A stretch of DNA of 64,000 nucleotides from Fibrobacteria bacterium (GTDB lineage Bacteria; Fibrobacterota; Fibrobacteria; UBA11236; JADFYW01): assembly GCA_050294405.1 (NCBI GenBank), contig JBNKOC010000004.1, positions 143,872-207,871 of the forward strand. The letters run 5' to 3'. The position numbers and the translations under genes are program-made. Below, piece by piece: positions 29,791-40,110 of this stretch (its first letter is position 1; each line of letters opens with the position of its first letter). The notes under the pieces were generated by a model. That model saw only the letters and a list, made by a program, of their open reading frames with translations, searched no databases and was not told the DNA's origin.

Positions 29791-30951
29791 TTAATCCTTA
29801 GAAACTCCATAACTTATTACAAATTCTTTTGCTGTAGTTTCCCAGGAAAAAGCATCCTTAACATATTTTTTTTGTTTTGAAATATCTTCAACATTTCTCG
29901 TTTCCAAAAAAGCTTTCTCCATTGCTTCAACTAATTTTTGAGTATCACCCACCGGAACCAGATTTCCGAATTCTCTAACTATTTCAGGAATAGATCCTGC
30001 TTTTGAACTTACTAAGGTTCCTCCAGCAGCTAAACACTCTACCATAGTATTTCCAAAAGATTCTTCAATGGAAGGGAGCACACAAACCTCCCGTTTTGCA
30101 ATTAATTCGACTATTTCATCAGATTCGGCCCAGGGAATAAAATTAATTTTATGCTCAAGTTTCAGTTTTTTAACCAAAGCTAACAATTCATTTTTCAAGG
30201 GGCCCTTTCCCACTACATCCAGTTCTGTAGATTGTAATATCGTATTTGGAAGCTTGGAAAACGCCATAATAACATCAATTATTCCTTTAGCCTTTGTCAA
30301 CCTTCCAAAAAACAGGAACCCTTTTTTATTCTTTTTTACAGATACATCGCAAAAATATTTTGAATCTATGCCGTTATATATCACATTAATTTTATGCTTG
30401 GGTATTGACCAAAATTCAGATAAATGATTCTTTGAATATTCACTTGTGCAGGTTAATACATCAGACTTAACAAAACTTAAATACAAGGCAGCAAATCTTG
30501 GCTCCTTTAAAAGCAATTGTATCCATTTTCGAGATCTATGCCAGGAAATACTTTTTAAAAAGGGATCAAAGCGAGGATACCTATTGGTTACAATAAATCT
30601 CTTTTTCCTGGGAATATACCCCAACAAACTCCCCTCTTCACCATTTGAATGAATAATTGTTTCAGAGTTTGAAATCCTTAATACAGTAAAAAAGTAACTG
30701 ATGCCATTTAAAAAACGAAATGGAGACGAAATTCCCGGAACCACTGCCCAAAAAAATGTCCAATGAACCTTATATTGATTGTTTTTGGGAGAAATTTTTT
30801 CAAATAGCGATTTGCTATAAACAACCTTCACATCATAGCCTAAATTAGATAAAGCATTTGCCAACTCATGAGTTGATTTTTGGCCTCCACCTGAATATTT
30901 TGACCAGGGGGAATAATTACAGGTAAGAATAATTTGAGTTGAAAAATTCAA
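29791..30951 (-). CDS. GT4 glycosyltransferase
   Basis: GGGQ, GRLTKAKG and ESFGNTMVE motifs. Confidence 0.92.
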   Translation of the reverse strand: MNFSTQIILTCNYSPWSKYSGGGQKSTHELANALSNLGYDVKVVYSKSLFEKISPKNNQYKVHWTFFWAVVPGISSPFRFLNGISYFFTVLRISNSETIIHSNGEEGSLLGYIPRKKRFIVTNRYPRFDPFLKSISWHRSRKWIQLLLKEPRFAALYLSFVKSDVLTCTSEYSKNHLSEFWSIPKHKINVIYNGIDSKYFCDVSVKKNKKGFLFFGRLTKAKGIIDVIMAFSKLPNTILQSTELDVVGKGPLKNELLALVKKLKLEHKINFIPWAESDEIVELIAKREVCVLPSIEESFGNTMVECLAAGGTLVSSKAGSIPEIVREFGNLVPVGDTQKLVEAMEKAFLETRNVEDISKQKKYVKDAFSWETTAKEFVISYGVSKD

Positions 30952-31107
30952 TCTAAAACCAAAGCTAATTTATACAAAAGATTAATTTTTGGATTTTTCA
31001 GCAGATAACGCTCAAATTAAAGGAATGATGAATAAAATCATTGAATTTAAAAATTTTGACCCATTATAATCTAATTTAGCAAATAAATTTAACCTATAGT
31101 TTTTATT

Positions 31108-32607
31108 ATGATTTGGCTGCGTCTATTAAAGTGTTTGTTTTTCTATGGAATTTGCATAGGAGCAGTTTTTGGACAGCCAGCTGTACAGCAAAATACGCAA
31201 GCTTTAAAAGATTCCGTAATCAATCCACAGGAAACCAAATCGGATTCTGGCATCCATCGGGATTCCCTATTAACAAAAAAAGTCCTTAGCCAAATTGATT
31301 CCAGCTTTATTATTGAATACATCGCTCATCCTATTTTAGGGGTTATCACTTGGCCCATTGAAAAATTTTTTGTTCCTGCCATTAAAACAAGTCTTTATCC
31401 CTTAAAACCTCCACTTCGATATATGCTGCGGGAAAAAGTTTTAGACAAAACAAAAGAGCTCATAAGCTTTGGAGAAGACGACCAAATCCTCGTTTACCCT
31501 ATTGTAATAATTACAACTGGAACGGGATCTCAAACCGGGTTGGTATACATACATAATTTTTCGATAAACCAAACCAAATACAGATTAAGTAGCAAATACA
31601 GATTTTTTGTAAATGGCAACCAAAAATTTCAAACCCGTTTGAATTTGAGTAATGTGATGGGCACTCCTTATGGAATAAATTTTATGCACCGGATTGTGCT
31701 AAATAAAAACCAGGGATTTACTCCCCCAAATGCTCCTTTGGATTCTTCCAACGAGTATTCAGATACAACCTGGATGGTTTCAGCAGGTATCAAGGTTCCC
31801 CTTTTCGAAAAGTTTGTTTTTAGCCCTTATGCATTATTTCAAAACCGAAAATTCAACCAACCGCCTTTGCAATCAAAAACGATTAAATGTGGAGGGTATT
31901 TTTTTGAATCTGAAAACTGCATTGAAGAACGAGGATTAGATCAGACCATTTCAGGCGTTTCCTACTATTCTCTAATTTCCAGAAATACGGTTAATAATGA
32001 AAACATACCTACCAACGGATCTAATTTTGAATTTTATTCTGTATATCATAATGTTTCCCATAATCACGATTATTTTGACTGGAGCGTACGATATACAAGT
32101 TATCTGTTTTTAGGAGTAGAGCGATATGAAATAAGCCCGAGTGAACAAAAAGAAATGGGAGACATTAACTTTGATAAAATCAAAAAAGTTCTAAAATACA
32201 AAAACTTAAAATCCCAAATTTTTAACCGTAAAGTCATAGCAACCCAAATTTATTTTGGTCAAACCCATGACTTGCCCGGCAACACGACTCCCTTGTATGG
32301 ATTAAAAACCATGGGAAACTTAACCCCCCTTCGTGGGCATAGCGGGAGCCCTTTTCGTGACTACGCTATGGCGGCCTTTAGTATGGAATACAGGTTTCCC
32401 ATTATGAGGTTAATGGAAGGTACAATGTTTAATGAATACGGTATTGTTGGAAAATCGCTGGCCAACCTCGATCCGAAACAGTTGCAAAAATCCTGGGGAC
32501 TTGGAGTTCGGCTCAGTCGAAAAGACATCTTTCTTTTCAGAGCGCAAATAGGCTTTCACGAATGGGGACTGCCGCTTTTAAACCTCACCATCGACACGGT
32601 TTATTAA
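31108..32607 (+). CDS. Omp85/BamA-TamA-like outer-membrane barrel protein
   Basis: Signal peptide; LRG loop motif (PLRGHS), MEYRFP, SWGLGVR and aromatic C-terminal residue. Confidence 0.7.
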   Translation: MIWLRLLKCLFFYGICIGAVFGQPAVQQNTQALKDSVINPQETKSDSGIHRDSLLTKKVLSQIDSSFIIEYIAHPILGVITWPIEKFFVPAIKTSLYPLKPPLRYMLREKVLDKTKELISFGEDDQILVYPIVIITTGTGSQTGLVYIHNFSINQTKYRLSSKYRFFVNGNQKFQTRLNLSNVMGTPYGINFMHRIVLNKNQGFTPPNAPLDSSNEYSDTTWMVSAGIKVPLFEKFVFSPYALFQNRKFNQPPLQSKTIKCGGYFFESENCIEERGLDQTISGVSYYSLISRNTVNNENIPTNGSNFEFYSVYHNVSHNHDYFDWSVRYTSYLFLGVERYEISPSEQKEMGDINFDKIKKVLKYKNLKSQIFNRKVIATQIYFGQTHDLPGNTTPLYGLKTMGNLTPLRGHSGSPFRDYAMAAFSMEYRFPIMRLMEGTMFNEYGIVGKSLANLDPKQLQKSWGLGVRLSRKDIFLFRAQIGFHEWGLPLLNLTIDTVY

Positions 32608-32617
32608 AAAAAAGGTC

Positions 32618-33220
32618 CTATTCAAAAGCTTTCCGAATAGCCTCTTTCATTTCCTCGTAGTTTTGCAGATTTTTGTATTGGGGAAATTCGTCGGATACAT
32701 TTTTAGGTGCGCAAAATAAGTTAGCCGCATCTGCTTTATGTAGCATGGTTACATCGTTATAGGAATCTCCGGCTGCGTACACCTTAAAGTTCAGGCTCTT
32801 CAAGGCCTCTACAGCCTTTTGTTTTTGGTTATCCTGCCTTAAGAAAAATTCAAGTTCAGATTTTTGATAGTTGTATTGAATGGAATGGCAAAACAAACTG
32901 GGATAACCAAACAGCTTCATAAAATGGGGCACAAACTCATAAAAAGTGTCAGATAAAATAATGAATTGATAGCTGCTTTTTATCCATTCCACAAACTCCA
33001 AGGCGCCATCCAAAGGCTGTAACCCTTCAATAACAGAAACAATTTTTTTTAGGTCAATATTATTGGCTTTACAGATCTCCACCCGCTTTTGCATGAGTTC
33101 CCGGTAATCCTTAACATCCCGCGTGGTGATATTAAGCTCCTTAACATTGGTATTTTGAGCAACGAATGGCCAAATATCTGGGACTAAAACACCCTCAAAG
33201 TCTAAACAAACAACTTTCAT
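32618..33220 (-). CDS. thrH: Phosphoserine phosphatase / homoserine phosphotransferase
   Basis: CLDFEGVLVP, ILSDTFYEF and AAGDSYND motifs. Start moved to ATG 33220 (AGGTGG SD; removes overlap with upstream gene). Confidence 0.92.
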   Translation of the reverse strand: MKVVCLDFEGVLVPDIWPFVAQNTNVKELNITTRDVKDYRELMQKRVEICKANNIDLKKIVSVIEGLQPLDGALEFVEWIKSSYQFIILSDTFYEFVPHFMKLFGYPSLFCHSIQYNYQKSELEFFLRQDNQKQKAVEALKSLNFKVYAAGDSYNDVTMLHKADAANLFCAPKNVSDEFPQYKNLQNYEEMKEAIRKAFE

Positions 33221-33227
33221 ATTCCAC

Positions 33228-33533
33228 CTATAAATTAAATTCACCGGGCTGAGGAGGAAATTGAACCGGCCCAAAATTTCTCTCGTATTTAGCCAGATTA
33301 TCCTGCAAAGTGGCAATTAAGGATTTAGTATGTTGGGGGTTCATTATTATTCTCGTATGTATTTTTCCCTTGGGAGGGCCGGGAAGTATCCGGGCAAAAT
33401 CAATTACAAATTCGCTTGGAGAATGGGATACCAACACAAGGTTGGAGTAGATGCCATCCGCCGCTTCGCCACTTAATTCAATGTTTATGGCTCTTTTGCC
33501 ATTTTCGTCCATATCCTCATTGGGAGCAACCAT
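33228..33533 (-). CDS. DUF3467-like protein
   Basis: GIYSNLVLVSHSPSEFVIDF...RIIMNPQH.K motif; GGAGG SD. Confidence 0.88.
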   Translation of the reverse strand: MVAPNEDMDENGKRAINIELSGEAADGIYSNLVLVSHSPSEFVIDFARILPGPPKGKIHTRIIMNPQHTKSLIATLQDNLAKYERNFGPVQFPPQPGEFNL

Positions 33534-33556
33534 AAACTATACCTCCGAAAAAATAA

Positions 33557-33599
33557 AAACCTGCCTACTGCTGCTAATTTAGCAGCAATAAACAGGTTT
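33557..33599. terminator. Stem-loop downstream of pspA
   Basis: AAACCTG...TGCTGCTA-att-TAGCAGCA...CAGGTTT, with T-rich sequence following on the minus strand. Confidence 0.55.
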
Positions 33600-33629
33600 C
33601 TCAAAAAAAATTTGGGAAAAGCTTAAAAA

Positions 33630-34322
33630 TCAGCCTTTGGTAATCATCCTTTTCTTAAGCTGTTCCAGTTTGTTTGAGCCTCCGGTGCTTCCCAGAGCCG
33701 CCTTTGTAGCCGCGGTCAGCTGGTCGGTACCGCCTTCTTTCGAGATTTCCGACATAGCGCGGGACTTTTCCAAATCAAAGCTTATTTTCTTTTTGCGTTC
33801 CTGAATTCGTTCTAAGGCGCTGGATTTTCCTAACCCCTGCATTCCAGTACGAGCCTTTTCTGCAGATTTTTTAGCGGCCACCATACTTTTCATAAGACGT
33901 AAATCATTATCCGCAGAGCGAGCGGCTTCCTGTATGGTTCTCAGGTTTTCCCGGGTTTCCATTTCCAACTTGGTTTGCTCAATCAGCTGCTGGTTAAGCA
34001 GTTTGATATTCTCTTCTTCCCTTTCGGCTTCCATTGCATTTTGCTGAGCCAGGTTGTTTTTATCTTCAGGGTCTTTAGATAAAAGCGCCATGGCATTGTT
34101 CTCATAGCTTTCCATGCGATTTTGCCCGGCTTTAATATCTCTTTGCAAGCTCACAATACTGGCCTTGATTTCAGCAAGAGCCTCCAGAACCTTTGCTTCG
34201 TCTTTTTTGAGGGCTACCAAATCACCTTTAGTCAATTCAACTTCTTTCCCACTTTCCAGCTTTTCCAACATTTCATTTGCGCTGGCAGAGCCCAATCTGA
34301 ATAGTCTCGAAAAAAATCCCAT
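33630..34322 (-). CDS. pspA: PspA/IM30 (bacterial ESCRT-III) family protein
   Basis: Amphipathic MGFFSRLFRL N-terminus, long coiled coil and LEQLKKRM C-terminus; 230 aa. Confidence 0.8.
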   Translation of the reverse strand: MGFFSRLFRLGSASANEMLEKLESGKEVELTKGDLVALKKDEAKVLEALAEIKASIVSLQRDIKAGQNRMESYENNAMALLSKDPEDKNNLAQQNAMEAEREEENIKLLNQQLIEQTKLEMETRENLRTIQEAARSADNDLRLMKSMVAAKKSAEKARTGMQGLGKSSALERIQERKKKISFDLEKSRAMSEISKEGGTDQLTAATKAALGSTGGSNKLEQLKKRMITKG

Positions 34323-34335
34323 GTTATTTTACTCC

Positions 34336-34749
34336 TTATATTGCCAGTGATTTAGCCAGCTCGTCCGAAGACTGAAACAAAGTTACAATTAATGATTTAC
34401 AGCTGGCTTCCAGTTCGTTGGAATCCAGGTTTTCAATTTCAAGGTTGCCTTTTAAAATAAGTTGGTTACCATCTAATCCGAAGGCTACATGAACAATTTT
34501 TGAATTCATTTGTAATAAGAATTTAAAAAAATCGCTGTCCACATTCCCTTTTAACTCGGCAATATCTGCCCTCAAAAACAGCAAACTCTCTTCTACATCC
34601 ACAGTAAATTCAACCCCAGTTTCAGGCTCAGACACCAAAAACAAGTCCTCCCTCAAGGTCTTTACCGCTAAGCCGGGAATTTCAATTAACATTTTTTTGA
34701 CCTTCATGCAGTTTTGTCTTTCTGCTTCGGTCATTGCTCCTTCTGCCAT
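34336..34749 (-). CDS. YbjN/CesT-like chaperone-fold protein (YjfI-like)
   Basis: FFKFLLQMN....VAFGL.G..LIL...LEIENLD.NEL motif. Confidence 0.75.
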   Translation of the reverse strand: MAEGAMTEAERQNCMKVKKMLIEIPGLAVKTLREDLFLVSEPETGVEFTVDVEESLLFLRADIAELKGNVDSDFFKFLLQMNSKIVHVAFGLDGNQLILKGNLEIENLDSNELEASCKSLIVTLFQSSDELAKSLAI

Positions 34750-34785
34750 ATTTCTCCTTTTTTGGGTAATTGCGATGCCCTACTC

Positions 34786-35652
34786 TTAGTTGGTTTCGGA
34801 CAAATATTGGTACAATTCGCTTTTAGGAGAAATGACCAAAGTAGTGCCTGAATCAAGAGTATTTCTATAAGTTTGTAAGGTTCTCCAAAAACTGTAAAAT
34901 TCAGGATCCTGAGAAAAGGCATTGGCGTAAATTTCAGCTGAAAGGGCTTCTGCCTTACCTCTGATTTCCTGGGAAGTTTTATAGGCTTCCGCCTGAATTA
35001 TACGCACTTGTTTGTCGGTTTCAGAAATTATTCCAATGCTTTCTTCTTTTCCCTGGGATCGATAAAAAGCAGCTTCTTTATACCGTTCACTTTTCATTCT
35101 TTCAAAAAGCCTTTCCTCATTGCTTTTAGGCAACTGCACTTTTTTAAAACGTATATCACCAATGTTCACTCCCAAGAATTTGGAATTGCGGTTGGCAATT
35201 TTCAAAGACTCCCGGATGACTTCTTCCTGTTTTCCCGAAACAATATCACTAAGTGTGGTATTGCCCAAAACATCCTTAACTGCGTCGTGAACAATACTTT
35301 CCAGACGGTTATTGGCTGTTTTGACATTTCCCACAGAGTTACGGAAAAGCACCACGGAATCAATTTTCCATTTGAAATAATTGTCTATAATCAGGTTCTT
35401 TTTGTCGAGTGTCACAATAGCTTCAGGAGATGCGTCCCAGGACTGTACTTTAGCAGGAAACAAATACAACTCTTCAATACCGGGAATTCTAAACCCCACT
35501 CTCCAGTTTTCTTCGTATACAACAGATACAACCTCACCCAACCTTGTTTTAATAGCGTATTGGGTTTCATCCACGATATATACCACCTTTGCAATATATA
35601 ACGCGGGCAAGAGCAAAATAACAACAGCCAATATGATAAGTAATTTTTTCAT
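34786..35652 (-). CDS. hflC: FtsH modulator HflC (SPFH)
   Basis: N-terminal TM; TLDKKNL, RMKSER and DPEFYSFWRTLQTY motifs. Confidence 0.92.
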   Translation of the reverse strand: MKKLLIILAVVILLLPALYIAKVVYIVDETQYAIKTRLGEVVSVVYEENWRVGFRIPGIEELYLFPAKVQSWDASPEAIVTLDKKNLIIDNYFKWKIDSVVLFRNSVGNVKTANNRLESIVHDAVKDVLGNTTLSDIVSGKQEEVIRESLKIANRNSKFLGVNIGDIRFKKVQLPKSNEERLFERMKSERYKEAAFYRSQGKEESIGIISETDKQVRIIQAEAYKTSQEIRGKAEALSAEIYANAFSQDPEFYSFWRTLQTYRNTLDSGTTLVISPKSELYQYLSETN

Positions 35653-36599
35653 AATTTCTTAAGAGGTAGAATATTGGCAGAGTTAGAATTTGGATCTACA
35701 ATTATTTTGTTTATTTTGGGCAAGACCTCATCCATAGTTTCCAGATAGAGTCTTTTGCGGGTTACTTTTTTGTACTTGGTATATTTATCTAAAATTTGAG
35801 TGAATCTGGCAGAATCGCCCTGAGCCCTGGCCACCACGCTTTCTGCATAGCCCTTGGCTTCTTCAATTTGCTTACGGGCGTTACCTTTAGCCTCAGGCAA
35901 TTTTTGATTGGCATAACGCTGGGCATCCAGATATGCTTTACCTGAATCCTGCTTGGCGTTTTCCACATCTTCAAAGGCTTCGATAACTTGTCTGGGGTTC
36001 ACCGCCTTTACAAATTGCACACGTCTTACCTTTATTCCCAGCTTATACTCTTCTACCAGAGATTGAATTTTCTTTTGAATTTCGTCGACGATTTCTCTTT
36101 TTCGCTCCGTTAAAGCATCGTCAATGGTGTAAAGGCCCACAACCATTCTCATAGCGGATTCGGAAATTTGTCGCATAGCCAAATCCGGATCGTCTACCTC
36201 CAGCAAATACTGAGCAGGGTCTGATATGAAATAGTTTACTACCATTTCTAAATCAACCAGATTTCCGTATTTGGTAAGGGTTAAAGCTTCCCTCTCCAAA
36301 TGGATTTTTTGGCCTATTTCGTCTTCTTTAAAACCAATATTTATTTTTTTATCGCTGATAACATCTACGATATAAACTTTTTCAATTGGAAAAGGTAAGC
36401 GGAAATGCCAGCCGGGGGTCAGGATTTTGCCCCTGTATGTGCCTGCCTGAAGAACGACACCCCGTTCGTAATCTTCAAGCTGAATGTAAAAAGATTTCCA
36501 GAAATAAAGGCCGAGCCCTACAATAATAGCAACCAGTGCAATAGGCAGTGCTTTTTTAATTTCGTCGCTTATTGCGTTTGTGTTTTTGGGTGATGCCAT
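35649..36599 (-). CDS. hflK: FtsH modulator HflK (SPFH)
   Basis: PGWHFRLPFPIE, V..AFEDV..A.QD and VTRKRLYLETM motifs. Confidence 0.92.
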   Translation of the reverse strand: MASPKNTNAISDEIKKALPIALVAIIVGLGLYFWKSFYIQLEDYERGVVLQAGTYRGKILTPGWHFRLPFPIEKVYIVDVISDKKINIGFKEDEIGQKIHLEREALTLTKYGNLVDLEMVVNYFISDPAQYLLEVDDPDLAMRQISESAMRMVVGLYTIDDALTERKREIVDEIQKKIQSLVEEYKLGIKVRRVQFVKAVNPRQVIEAFEDVENAKQDSGKAYLDAQRYANQKLPEAKGNARKQIEEAKGYAESVVARAQGDSARFTQILDKYTKYKKVTRKRLYLETMDEVLPKINKIIVDPNSNSANILPLKKL

Positions 36600-36809
36600 G
36601 CTTTAATTATTTGAGTTTAAAAATTAATAAAATTCCCCGGCCTTCGGTGCCCTTTCCATTAGATTTGCAAATAATGTACAAGACCTGGGCCAAGGCAGCA
36701 AGTACCGGGTAATTGTTTGGCATAAGCCGTTTCAAAACAGGAACTTTTTTTTTAAATATATGAAACCTTTCAGTGGAGAAACTTTCCTGAACCCACAGGA
36801 CAAAAAGCA

Positions 36810-38723
36810 ATGTCAGATATCATACGCGAAGAATGCGGCTTAGCATTAATACGTCTCAGAAAACCCCTTTCTTACTACCAGGAAAAATACGGTACGCCGC
36901 TTTGGGGACTATATAACCTGTTTCTCCTTATGGAAAAGCAGCACAATCGCGGTCAGGATGGAGCTGGCGTGGGAGCACTCAAGTTGGATGTTACTCCCGG
37001 AAAACCGTATATGTTTCGGGAACGAAATATCGAAGCCAATCCGCTGGATAAAATTTTCCACAAAGTATTTAACAATTACAACCGCTTAACAGACCAGGGA
37101 ATTGTAAGGGAAGAAGACACGGAATCCATTAAAAATCATTTTGACTTTGCCGCGGAAATTTACATGGGGCATTTGCGTTATGGCACCAGCGGTGGTTATA
37201 ACATTAGTTCCTGCCACCCCTATTTTCGTAAAAATAACTGGCCCACCAGAAATCTCATGTTGGCCGGTAACTTTAACATGACCAACACTTCCGAGTTAAA
37301 TTACCAGTTAATCGAACGCGGGCAACACCCCGTGTTTGATACAGATACCCAAACTCTATTAGAAGAAATTGGCTATCATCTGGATCAAGGGCATGACAAA
37401 CTTTTTAAAAAGTACAAAAGCCAGGAAGGCGATGGAGCGGCCATTGCCAACCGGATTAGTGAAGAACTAAACCCTGCGAAATTGCTGCGAAAATCTTGTC
37501 AAAATTGGGACGGCGGTTTTGCCCTGGTTGGTATTATTGGAAATGGCGATAGCTTTGCATTTAGAGATCCAAGGGGTATACGGCCTCTTCATTATTACAT
37601 CAACGATGAAGTAGTGGCCTTTGCCTCAGAACGCGCCCCGCTTCTTACTGTTTTTAATATCAACCAAGAAGATGTGGAAGAAGTAAATCCAGGCGAAGCG
37701 GTGATTATGAAATATGATGGCAGCTTTTACAAAAGCCAGGTGGACAAGCCCTATAAAAAAACCCATTGTTCTTTTGAACGCATCTATTTTTCCAGAGGCA
37801 ATGACCCGGATATCTACCAGGAAAGAAAAGATATGGGTGCAGCCCTCTTAGACCAAATTCTAAAAGTTTCCAAAAACGACCCCAACAAAATTGTTTACTC
37901 CTTTATTCCCAATACAGCTGAAATCGCCTACTACGGTCTTATGAATCGCATTCGCGAACACCAAAGGGAGCTCATTAAAAAAGAAATTCTGGAGATGTCC
38001 AATAAGGAACCCTTAAACCAAATCACTCTGGATAGCATATTTGATAAATACAGCGCCAAGCTAGAAAAGGTTACATTGAAGGATATCAAATTGCGTACCT
38101 TTATCAGTCAGGAAAAAGGCCGGAATAAATTAGCCTCTCATGTATATGACATTAGCTATGGCTCGGTCCCCCCGGATCACACCCTGGTATGTGTGGACGA
38201 TTCCATTGTAAGAGGAACTACTTTAAAAAAATCGATTATTCAAATCCTCTCCAGACTAAATCCGAAAAGAATTGTTATTGCATCCACAGCACCACAAATC
38301 CGCTATCCGGATTGCTATGGAATTGATATGTCTCAATTGGAAAAATTTATCGCCTTTCAGGCGGTGCTGGAGCTTTTAAAAGAGCACGGTAAAGAAGGCC
38401 TTATTAAAGAAGTGTACGATGAGGCCAAGGAGCTTTTAGCAGGACCAACAGATAAATTATCCAATCCGGTTACCAAATTGTATTCCAGCTTTAAAACCAC
38501 AGAAATATCCAAAAAAATATCTCAGTTGGTTACTCCAAATTTGCCCGATTGGGATGGGGATGTAGCCATAGTTTTCCAGAAAATCGAAAACCTCCACAAA
38601 TGCCTGAGAGTCCCTTGTGGAGACTGGTATTTTACTGGAAAATACCCCACAACCGGCGGGTACCGAGTGGTAAACAAAGCCTACTGCAATTTTTACGAAA
38701 ATAAAAATCACCGCAGCTATTGA
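36810..38723 (+). CDS. purF: Amidophosphoribosyltransferase (long Bacteroidota-type)
   Basis: EECG nucleophile after a short propeptide; QHNRGQDGAG, GHLRYGT, CSFERIYFSR and VDDSIVRGTT motifs. Confidence 0.93.
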   Translation: MSDIIREECGLALIRLRKPLSYYQEKYGTPLWGLYNLFLLMEKQHNRGQDGAGVGALKLDVTPGKPYMFRERNIEANPLDKIFHKVFNNYNRLTDQGIVREEDTESIKNHFDFAAEIYMGHLRYGTSGGYNISSCHPYFRKNNWPTRNLMLAGNFNMTNTSELNYQLIERGQHPVFDTDTQTLLEEIGYHLDQGHDKLFKKYKSQEGDGAAIANRISEELNPAKLLRKSCQNWDGGFALVGIIGNGDSFAFRDPRGIRPLHYYINDEVVAFASERAPLLTVFNINQEDVEEVNPGEAVIMKYDGSFYKSQVDKPYKKTHCSFERIYFSRGNDPDIYQERKDMGAALLDQILKVSKNDPNKIVYSFIPNTAEIAYYGLMNRIREHQRELIKKEILEMSNKEPLNQITLDSIFDKYSAKLEKVTLKDIKLRTFISQEKGRNKLASHVYDISYGSVPPDHTLVCVDDSIVRGTTLKKSIIQILSRLNPKRIVIASTAPQIRYPDCYGIDMSQLEKFIAFQAVLELLKEHGKEGLIKEVYDEAKELLAGPTDKLSNPVTKLYSSFKTTEISKKISQLVTPNLPDWDGDVAIVFQKIENLHKCLRVPCGDWYFTGKYPTTGGYRVVNKAYCNFYENKNHRSY

Positions 38724-38802
38724 TGGCGCTTGCCTTTCCTTTATGGGAAAATAAATATTAATACAGGGCTATTTGCCCCCATTAATTTTATAAGGAGCCA
38801 AC

Positions 38803-40110
38803 ATGATTCCAAAGGCTGACTCAGAATTTTTTAAACGCCTTGAAGTAGCATACGAACCAGACAACATATACTTTCAAACCATATCCGCCGTATTACAGAC
38901 TGCGGATATGATGAAGCTGCCCAATAGCATACAGTTAATTTTATCCCAACCAAAAAATGAAATCATGGTGCACTTTCCCGTTAAAATGGACGATGGTACC
39001 TATAGAACTTTTAAAGGTTATAGGGTGCAACACAATAATTTGTTGGGCCCATACAAAGGTGGAATCCGATTCCATCATGAAATTAGCTTGGACCACATCA
39101 AGTCTCTTTCTGTATTAATGACCATGAAATGCGCTTTAATGCAGTTGCCCTTTGGAGGGGCGAAAGGAGGGCTAAAATTAGATCCGGGCAGCCTCTCCTC
39201 CTCTGAAATGATGCGCCTCACACGTCGCTTTACATCGGCGCTTGGTACTAACATTGGCCCCGATTACGACATTCCCGCCCCGGATATGGGCACCAATGCT
39301 CAAATTATGGCCTGGATATCCGACACATACATGAATATTTCTCCCGGAGGAAACAGGCTGGAGGCCAGAGGGGTTGTTACAGGTAAACCCCTTGTATTTG
39401 GAGGATCGCAGGGGAGGGAAAAAGCAACCGGGCAAGGAGTGGTTAACATTCTGGAGGAGCTTCTTCCTGAAATGGGTTTTGATATATCCAATGTTACATA
39501 TTCTGTTATAGGTTTTGGAAATGTGGGTTCTTGGACAGCACGCATATTATCTTCCCACGGCGCACGTCTTAACGCAGTCCTGGACCATACGGGAGCCATT
39601 GCCAATCCAGCAGGAATTAATGCGGAAGAATTGGCTGAATACGTAAACCGCAGAAAAGGGGTGGAGGGTTTTAAAGGAGCTAAGGCTATAAGCGAAGAGG
39701 ACTTTTACAAGTCCAAAGTGGATTTATGCATACCTGCGGCATTAGAACAAATGATAGATGAAAAAAAAGCCAAACTGCTTGAATGTAAAGCCTTAATCGA
39801 AGCGGCCAATGCTCCCTGTACTCCCCAGGGAGAAAGGGTTTTGCTCAGTAAGGGAATTCAAATCCTTCCGGCTATTTTATGTAATGCAGGAGGAGTAACT
39901 GTTAGCTATTTTGAATGGAAGCAAAACCGCCAGGCCGAAGTTTGGGACCTGGAAGAGGTGGATGCCAAGCTTAAAAAGATGATGGCCTCCGCCGCCAAAA
40001 GAACTAAAGTAAATGCAGCTAAATACAAATGCGATTTGCGAACCGCGGCCTATGCCACAGCCCTCGATCATATTGGAAAGGTGTACGAGTTAAGGGGTAT
40101 TTTCCCTTAA
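38803..40110 (+). CDS. gdhA: Glu/Leu/Phe/Val (glutamate) dehydrogenase
   Basis: GPYKGGIRF, GGAKGG, DIPAPDMGT, GFGNVG and NAGGVTVSYFEW motifs. Confidence 0.93.
   Translation: MIPKADSEFFKRLEVAYEPDNIYFQTISAVLQTADMMKLPNSIQLILSQPKNEIMVHFPVKMDDGTYRTFKGYRVQHNNLLGPYKGGIRFHHEISLDHIKSLSVLMTMKCALMQLPFGGAKGGLKLDPGSLSSSEMMRLTRRFTSALGTNIGPDYDIPAPDMGTNAQIMAWISDTYMNISPGGNRLEARGVVTGKPLVFGGSQGREKATGQGVVNILEELLPEMGFDISNVTYSVIGFGNVGSWTARILSSHGARLNAVLDHTGAIANPAGINAEELAEYVNRRKGVEGFKGAKAISEEDFYKSKVDLCIPAALEQMIDEKKAKLLECKALIEAANAPCTPQGERVLLSKGIQILPAILCNAGGVTVSYFEWKQNRQAEVWDLEEVDAKLKKMMASAAKRTKVNAAKYKCDLRTAAYATALDHIGKVYELRGIFP

Noticed and set aside
35008..35601. 197-aa plus-strand ORF, and similar antisense ORFs inside polA, lhr, wzc and pckA
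   Set aside because: Antisense to well-supported genes with no recognisable motifs.
36630..36665. Glycine-riboswitch-like GGAAAGGGCACCGAAGG upstream of hflK (minus strand)
   Set aside because: The downstream CTCTCAGG element and supporting stems are missing, and the gene context does not fit.
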